A stretch of DNA of 64,000 bases. Source: Faecousia sp. (GTDB taxonomy: Bacteria > Bacillota > Clostridia > Oscillospirales > Oscillospiraceae). Below, piece by piece: positions 58,360-64,000 of this stretch. The DNA lies in assembly GCA_045532105.1 (NCBI GenBank), contig JAZSFE010000034.1, positions 11,186 through 75,185 on the forward strand. The letters are read 5' to 3'. The number at the start of each line of letters is the position of its first letter. Position 1 is the stretch's first letter. The notes under the pieces were generated by a model. That model did not search any database and was not told the DNA's origin. It saw nothing but the letters and a program-made list of their open reading frames with translations. A program made the translations under genes and the position numbers.

Positions 58360-59937
58360 TCACCTCGCTTTCGATGTGAAGGAAATTCTGGGATCCATAG
58401 CAGCCATCAAAATATCACCAAGGATAAAGGAAGTTACGGACAACAGCGCGTAAAACAGTGCAACACCAACGATAACACCGTTATCATACTTGTTGATAGC
58501 CTCGGTCAAAACATTACCGATACCGGGCACAAGATACACGCGCTCGGTGATGATCGCGCCGGTCAATGCACCCAGCACGCTGCCGGGAATGCCATGCACC
58601 ACAGGAATAATCGCATTCTTCAAGATATGCTTGGAGAAAATCTCACCTTCAGACAAGCCACCACTACGGGCAAACTTGACGTAATCGGAGTTCATTTGGT
58701 CGATCATATACCGTCGCAGCCACTTCATCAGGTTGGCAACAGACGGCAGGGCCAAAGAAATCACAGGCAGAACATACATGGTCCATGTGGGGATCTGCAT
58801 ATTGAATGTGGTCGGCAGCTTCATGGAGCTACCAATGGCGCGGAAAATAAAGATATAGCCCAAGGAAGGCACAGCCATAATAAAGATGATATAGAATGTG
58901 CCCAGCTTATCAATAAACTTATCCTTATTCAGGGCCATCAAAACGCCTAGCGGCACTGCCAGCAAATAGGCAAGAATTACAGAAATAATACCAATGGCAA
59001 AAGAGTAACCCATCTGAGACATACCGGTTTTTGCTGTAGTCGTTCCGGTATAATCGTCAACATAGTATTTCTGATTCAGCGGATTTGCATCTTTTGTGCC
59101 CGAAATGTGAATCAGAGAGTGAATATCGTCCGCAGTATTCTCTGTAACACCGGAAGGATAGGTCACTGTGCTGATCTTCTGGGGACCCTGTGCATCTGTC
59201 ATAGTATTGAAAACATCAATGCCGTTATTAACAGAATAGGAAACACCCAGGCTGATGGTCACAAGATTCTGATGAATATAGGGGAAAGTATCATCAAAAT
59301 ACAGCAAATACTTATGGTTGGTGCCGTTACCCATAATAGCGGGAGAGAACTTTTCTCCGCCATAAGCAGGGTCATACCAGGTAAAGGTCAAGCCACGTTC
59401 ACCGGTAATATCCTCCACTTTGTGGATATTGTCAACCTGAATCAGGCCGGTAAAATAGCTAATCAAGCGCTTAATAAGCGGAACATCCCTATATGCATAC
59501 AAATAAGGCTGTCCGCCATCCTTATACTGAACAGAACCGGCACGCAGAGAGCCGGGAAGGCGAACCACCTTATAGCCGTCAACGCCATCGTACTTTTTAG
59601 TAAAGGCGTCCACCAGCTTCTTTGTCTCGGTGCTGTCTTTCGATGCAGTTGCGCCAATTTTAGCGCCAGAATCCGCTTCCTCTTGGGTTATATTTCCGGC
59701 TTTTACCTCTTCTTTAAGATAGTCCGCAAAAGGAATATAATCCACATACCCGAACCGTTCCCACTGCTGCATCATATAAACTTCTTTTTTATTGAGCAAC
59801 ATTTTGGGATAGTTGGGATCGCTGGCAAAGATAGCCTCCCGATCCAGAAGCGCATAAATCATGATCATGATTACTGCGATAACCAGAACAACAGACAGCA
59901 ATGCCCGGAGGATTCTGTTAATTAAATACTTTGTCAT
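58360..59937 (-). CDS. oppB: Oligopeptide ABC permease (OppB/AmiC-like, large extracytoplasmic loop)
   Basis: RRYMIDQMNSDYVKFARSGGLSE, KHILKNA and DILMAAMDPRI. Confidence 0.92.
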   Translation of the reverse strand: MTKYLINRILRALLSVVLVIAVIMIMIYALLDREAIFASDPNYPKMLLNKKEVYMMQQWERFGYVDYIPFADYLKEEVKAGNITQEEADSGAKIGATASKDSTETKKLVDAFTKKYDGVDGYKVVRLPGSLRAGSVQYKDGGQPYLYAYRDVPLIKRLISYFTGLIQVDNIHKVEDITGERGLTFTWYDPAYGGEKFSPAIMGNGTNHKYLLYFDDTFPYIHQNLVTISLGVSYSVNNGIDVFNTMTDAQGPQKISTVTYPSGVTENTADDIHSLIHISGTKDANPLNQKYYVDDYTGTTTAKTGMSQMGYSFAIGIISVILAYLLAVPLGVLMALNKDKFIDKLGTFYIIFIMAVPSLGYIFIFRAIGSSMKLPTTFNMQIPTWTMYVLPVISLALPSVANLMKWLRRYMIDQMNSDYVKFARSGGLSEGEIFSKHILKNAIIPVVHGIPGSVLGALTGAIITERVYLVPGIGNVLTEAINKYDNGVIVGVALFYALLSVTSFILGDILMAAMDPRISFTSKAR

Positions 59938-59996
59938 AATCAGTCTCCTTCGTCTTGTCTCTTAGGATAACACATATCTCATAGAAATATCCTAGC

Positions 59997-60074
59997 TGTA
60001 GAGAACACTGCCCTTAGCATTCCTGGCAGAATAAATCCTAACCGCAAGGAACACTGAGGGCAGCATTTCCTACA
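59997..60074. repeat. Long imperfect inverted repeat between oppA and oppB
   Basis: TGTAGAGAACACTGCCCTTAGCATTCCT...AGGAACACTGAGGGCAGCATTTCCTACA. Confidence 0.6.
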
Positions 60075-60103
60075 AAATCGTATTTTATCAAAATAGCCAG
60101 TCG

Positions 60104-60133
60104 GGAGGATGGGCGAAAATTCGCCCATCCTCC
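60104..60133 (-). terminator. Stable hairpin after oppA
   Basis: GGAGGATGGGCGAA-AA-TTCGCCCATCCTCC. Confidence 0.7.
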
Positions 60134-60156
60134 TTAATTTATTGTTTCTATTCGAA

Positions 60157-62304
60157 TTAGAAGATACCCAGAGACTTGGTCATGTAGCCAGCATAGTCAG
60201 GCAGCATGGTGCCCAGGTAGGTGGAAGGATCACCGTAGTCGGGACCCCAACCGGAACCGTCGTTCAGGTCGTAGTTCGCATCGGAACCAACGTTGAAACG
60301 ATAGGTAGCAGCCAGGTACTCGTCACGAGTAGCGTACTCAACCAGGTTGACCTTGATGCAGCCGGCAGAAGCCTCTTCGATGGACTGCTTCATAACATTC
60401 TTCTGGTTCTTGGAGACAGTGCTGTCGCCACGAACGGGCAGATCGATGTAGATGGGATTCTCAGGAGTAATCACAACGCCTGCAGCCATCAGCTCAACGA
60501 TAGCCTTTGCCAGCTCGTTAGCAGCGTTCTCCTTGCTGTACCAGCCGTCGAAACCGGTGGAAGCGGTGCCGTTCCAAACCTTCAGAGCGATGCCGTCAGC
60601 ATCCAACTGATCCTGCACGATCTGGCCGTACATAGTACCAGCATTGTAGGTCTTCTCAACACCGTTGATCTCAACAGTCACTGCGGAAGGCAGGTTGACG
60701 TAGTTACCGGGGGTGTAGGAGTTGACCAGAGAGTTGTACTTCAGCTCTTCGCCAACGGACTGAGCGTTGTAAGTGCCGCGGTCAATGGACATAGCCAGAG
60801 CCAGACGGAAATGCTGGTTCAGCATAGCCAGGTTGCTGCGCTGGATCTGGTCAGCAGTCTTGGTGGAGACACCGACGGAAGTATCGTTAGCGTTAGCAAA
60901 AGCAGCACGGCGCAGATTGAAGAAGCCACAGTAGGTGGTAGCATCGGTGTCGGAAACGTAAGCATAGGTGTCGAAGGTGCCCTTTTCCTTAGCGATGGTA
61001 ACACGCTCGGTGGTCATGCCCAAAGTGTCAACAACATTGTTGAAGAAATCGTCATACATCTTCTGATGGTCAGTGCCGTCAGTGTACATGTAGGTGAAGG
61101 ACTTCAGGTTGTTGTTGCCAGCGTTCCAGTAGGACTCGTTAGCAGCCAGAACGATGGAGTTGTTGGAAGTGAAGCTGGTGATAACGTAAGGACCGCAGTA
61201 AGCGATGGAGTCGGGGCCCTTGCCGTACAGGTAGGTCTCAGCGGTGTTGTCGTACTCAGTGCCGAACTTACCGCCCATAGAGGTATAGTAGGAACGGCTC
61301 ATGGGAGCGAACACGCCGTAGCCCAGCATGGTGGGGAAGTAAGAAGTGGGCTCGGTCAGAGTGTACTCGACAGTGTAGTCATCCAGAGCCTTAACACCGA
61401 CCTGAGTAAAGTCAGTGATGTCGCCGTCAACATATGCATCAGCATTAACAATGTTGGCACAGCCGGCGCAGACCAGGTATTCCAGGCCGCCCTTGGCGTC
61501 CATCATGTGCTGCATACCGGCGACGAAGTCGTCAGCGGTCAGGTCTGCGACCTCACGGTTCTGGTTGTCAACCCACTTCACACCCTGACGCAGCTTGAAG
61601 GTGTACTTCAGGCCGTCTTCAGAAACGGTGTAGCTCAGAGCCAGAGCGGGCTTGGCCTGGTTTTCCATATCGTACTCAATCAGGCCGTCATAGGTCTGAA
61701 CAAGGATCTCGGAGTCAGCAGCGTAAGAGGTTTCCAGAACGTCCCAGTAAGTGGGATCAGCGTCGAAGTAGAAGGTAGCGGTATCTTCGATAGTGTAGCC
61801 CTTGGAAGCCAGATAGCCCTTAACCCAAGTCTCGTAGTCCTGTGCGTCGTCAGCAACACACTCAACCCACTTAGTCTTCATAGCAGCAATGTCTTCTGCC
61901 TTGATGGGTTCAGCGGTGACGAGTCTGTCATGGAAACGGTAAGTATCGTTACCAAACAGAACAGGGGTATTGGTGTAAGGAGCAACCTTAGTCATAGCGT
62001 AGTTGCCGCCCTGAGAGGTGGTGGGCAGGAACACGCCAGCGCCCAGCAGCTTAGCCTCGGCAATAGCCATCAGAGCGTAACGGGTTGCAACGTCCTTTTC
62101 TGCCATTGCAGCCTGGTAGTAGTCATAGAACTCGCCCAGAACAACATCATAGACAGCAGTGGAAACTTCGTCGTAAATATCCTTATAAGGATCAACGTAC
62201 ACTGCAACAGTGTTGTCCTCTTCGTTGCTCTTGGGAGCGCAAGCTGCCAAGGAACCGATCAGGCAGACAGCCAGCAGAAGAGCAACCAGTTTCTTCATTT
62301 TCAT
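60157..62304 (-). CDS. oppA: Oligopeptide ABC substrate-binding lipoprotein (AmiA-like, apparently circularly permuted)
   Basis: Lipobox LAAC; SBP family 5 core (DGL, SEDGLKYTFKLRQGVKW, TADDFV, VKALDDYTVEYTL, GPY, FRLAL..SIDR, WGPDYGDPSTYL). Confidence 0.9.
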   Translation of the reverse strand: MKMKKLVALLLAVCLIGSLAACAPKSNEEDNTVAVYVDPYKDIYDEVSTAVYDVVLGEFYDYYQAAMAEKDVATRYALMAIAEAKLLGAGVFLPTTSQGGNYAMTKVAPYTNTPVLFGNDTYRFHDRLVTAEPIKAEDIAAMKTKWVECVADDAQDYETWVKGYLASKGYTIEDTATFYFDADPTYWDVLETSYAADSEILVQTYDGLIEYDMENQAKPALALSYTVSEDGLKYTFKLRQGVKWVDNQNREVADLTADDFVAGMQHMMDAKGGLEYLVCAGCANIVNADAYVDGDITDFTQVGVKALDDYTVEYTLTEPTSYFPTMLGYGVFAPMSRSYYTSMGGKFGTEYDNTAETYLYGKGPDSIAYCGPYVITSFTSNNSIVLAANESYWNAGNNNLKSFTYMYTDGTDHQKMYDDFFNNVVDTLGMTTERVTIAKEKGTFDTYAYVSDTDATTYCGFFNLRRAAFANANDTSVGVSTKTADQIQRSNLAMLNQHFRLALAMSIDRGTYNAQSVGEELKYNSLVNSYTPGNYVNLPSAVTVEINGVEKTYNAGTMYGQIVQDQLDADGIALKVWNGTASTGFDGWYSKENAANELAKAIVELMAAGVVITPENPIYIDLPVRGDSTVSKNQKNVMKQSIEEASAGCIKVNLVEYATRDEYLAATYRFNVGSDANYDLNDGSGWGPDYGDPSTYLGTMLPDYAGYMTKSLGIF

Positions 62305-62450
62305 AGTTTTCCCTCCAAATAAGATATATTCCACTGTTATGCAACAGTTAGAACCGAAAATATATCGCCACAAATCCCGGAACGCTTCAAAATCCCGCTG
62401 TGACGGAAATTTGTGCGCTCACGGTGGATTCTCGGAGATAATATAGGGGG

Positions 62451-62479
62451 ATTATATCATACTTTTTTCCGGGAATCAA
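62451..62479 (-). promoter_or_regulatory. Promoter of the opp operon
   Basis: TTGATT-17 bp-TATAAT with an extended -10 TG. Confidence 0.7.
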
Positions 62480-62810
62480 CCGTAAAAACAAAAAAAGTCG
62501 CTTTTTCTTGTCGTTATTATTGTCAAATTTCTTTTCATATTCTTTCACTTTTTGGTAAAGTTGCACAATTTCACCCATCTCGTCCCTGTGTAAAACACAT
62601 TTTCTCCGCCCTTGTATTCCGCAAACGGAATCTGCCACAAATGCACAGATCGATAATTCTGCGTTTTCTTATTATATATTGTATGGTCACACTTGGTTTT
62701 CTAAATAACGCAGCTTCTTCCTTTGCCTCAGGTATTCTTGCAATTTCAAATCGTCTGTGGTAAACTGTTTTTGTATTCAACAAAACATACAGGACAGGAC
62801 GGGCCTTACT

Positions 62811-64000
62811 ATGAAGATAAAAACTTCTGCCAAAACCTATGAGCAGGTCATGGCAATGCCCCGGGCAAAGCACAAAAAACCTTTACACCCCAATTTCCTG
62901 CTGCAAACCGTAATACGCATCGCCGCGATCCCGGATCTGCTGGCAACCCGTTTTCGCTATACCACTGAGGGAATGGAAAAAGTCGGCAAACAGCCTTGCC
63001 TCATTCTCATGAACCACTCCTGCTTTTTGGATCTGATGATCGCATCCCGCATTTTTTATCCCAACCCCTACGGCATCGTCTGCACCAGCGACGGATTTGT
63101 GGGCAAGCCCTGGCTTATGCGTCTATTGGGATGTATCCCCACGCAAAAGTTCGTCAGCGATGTTACGCTGATCCGGGACATTTCCTATATGCTGCAAGAA
63201 AAGCGCGCCAGCGTGCTCATGTACCCCGAAGCAAGCTACTCCTTTGACGGAACCGCCACTGCCCTGCCCCGAAAAATGGGCGTGCTCTTGAAAAAGCTGG
63301 GTGTGCCGGTGGTCACAGTCATCACCCAAGGCGCTTTTGCCCGGGATCCCCTGTACAACGGCCTGCGCAAGCGCAAGGTAAAGGTCACCGCTCATGTAAA
63401 ATGTCTTGCCACCGCCGAGGAGATCAAAAACCTCTCTGTGGCAGAGCTGGATGACCTTCTGGATGAAGCTTTTTCCTTTGACAACTTTGCATGGCAGAAA
63501 GATAACGGCGTCCGCATAAGCGAGCCTTTCCGGGCCACGGGCCTGAACCGCATACTATATAAATGTGCGCACTGCGGTGCAGAATCCTCCATGGAAGGCC
63601 AGGGTACTCTGCTCACCTGTCATGCCTGCGGCAAGCAGTGGGAGCTCACCGAGCTGGGCGAGCTGAAAGCGCTAAGCGGCGAAACGGAATTTTCCCATAT
63701 CCCCGATTGGTATGCCTGGGAGCGGGATGCCGTGCGCAAGGAGCTGGAAGACGGCAGTTATCTGCTGGACCGGGATGTGGATATCGGCATCATGGTCAAC
63801 CACAAAGCAATTTATATGGTGGGCCCGGGCCACCTGACCCATACCGTTGACGGTTTCCGACTCACTGACCCCCAGGGAAAGCTGCTGTATGAGCAAGGCC
63901 CCCTTGCCTGCTATGGCCTATACTCCGATTATTATTGGTATGAGATCGGTGATGTGATCTGCATTGGCAATCACGACGCTTTGTATTACTGTTTCCCCAA
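62811..64000 (+). CDS. PlsC-family (lysophospholipid) acyltransferase with C-terminal CxxC/CxxC region, runs off the window
   Basis: Manual translation from ATG 62811: MKIKTSAKTYEQ...NHSCFLD...MYPEASYSFDG...YKCAHC...LTCHAC; not in the ORF track because no stop lies in the window. Confidence 0.82.
   Translation, partial: MKIKTSAKTYEQVMAMPRAKHKKPLHPNFLLQTVIRIAAIPDLLATRFRYTTEGMEKVGKQPCLILMNHSCFLDLMIASRIFYPNPYGIVCTSDGFVGKPWLMRLLGCIPTQKFVSDVTLIRDISYMLQEKRASVLMYPEASYSFDGTATALPRKMGVLLKKLGVPVVTVITQGAFARDPLYNGLRKRKVKVTAHVKCLATAEEIKNLSVAELDDLLDEAFSFDNFAWQKDNGVRISEPFRATGLNRILYKCAHCGAESSMEGQGTLLTCHACGKQWELTELGELKALSGETEFSHIPDWYAWERDAVRKELEDGSYLLDRDVDIGIMVNHKAIYMVGPGHLTHTVDGFRLTDPQGKLLYEQGPLACYGLYSDYYWYEIGDVICIGNHDALYYCFP

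Noticed and set aside
55900-58950. 1016-aa plus-strand ORF and other long antisense ORFs (e.g. 33591..35357, 40379..42685, 46210..47463, 53893..55815, 60109..62322)
   Set aside because: They lie opposite well-supported genes and have no motifs or RBS. They are shadows of codon bias.
58360-62304. Flavinylation target motif for the ApbE-like protein in OppA or OppB
   Set aside because: No convincing DxxSGAT/TGAT motif; DSGAKIGAT in OppB does not fit.
62387-63896. Short ORFs listed near the window end
   Set aside because: They are intergenic noise or off-frame shadows of the open PlsC-like gene starting at 62811.

Overview
64-kb chromosomal window from a moderately GC-rich anaerobic clostridial firmicute (gene content and style suggest Oscillospiraceae; this is inference). 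It is mostly core genome. In order: a DUF1538/PII-like/GNAT operon, feoAB, minD-mgsA-hisS, guaB, typA, the rpmH-rnpA-yidD-yidC-jag cluster (not next to dnaA here), three tRNAs, thr/asp genes, sigA, lepA-hemW, a ZTP-riboswitch-controlled pur operon, pckA divergent from a duplicated Na+-pumping oxaloacetate decarboxylase cluster, an Ami/Opp-type peptide ABC transporter and a partial PlsC-like gene. I found no CRISPR array, prophage or transposase. The most unusual locus is the Opp system: OppA looks circularly permuted relative to streptococcal AmiA, OppD carries a ~235-aa insertion, OppF has a C-terminal membrane anchor, and a degenerate ApbE-like gene follows. Also notable: a two-beta-subunit decarboxylase cluster with unannotated small ORFs and a candidate Na+ riboswitch, a probable MgsA pseudo-enzyme next to a MinD lacking its membrane helix, a PurF without the catalytic Cys, and a MITE-like element with a 4-bp target duplication between rpmH and rnpA. 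Family assignments come from motif recognition and recalled homolog sequences; no searches were run.
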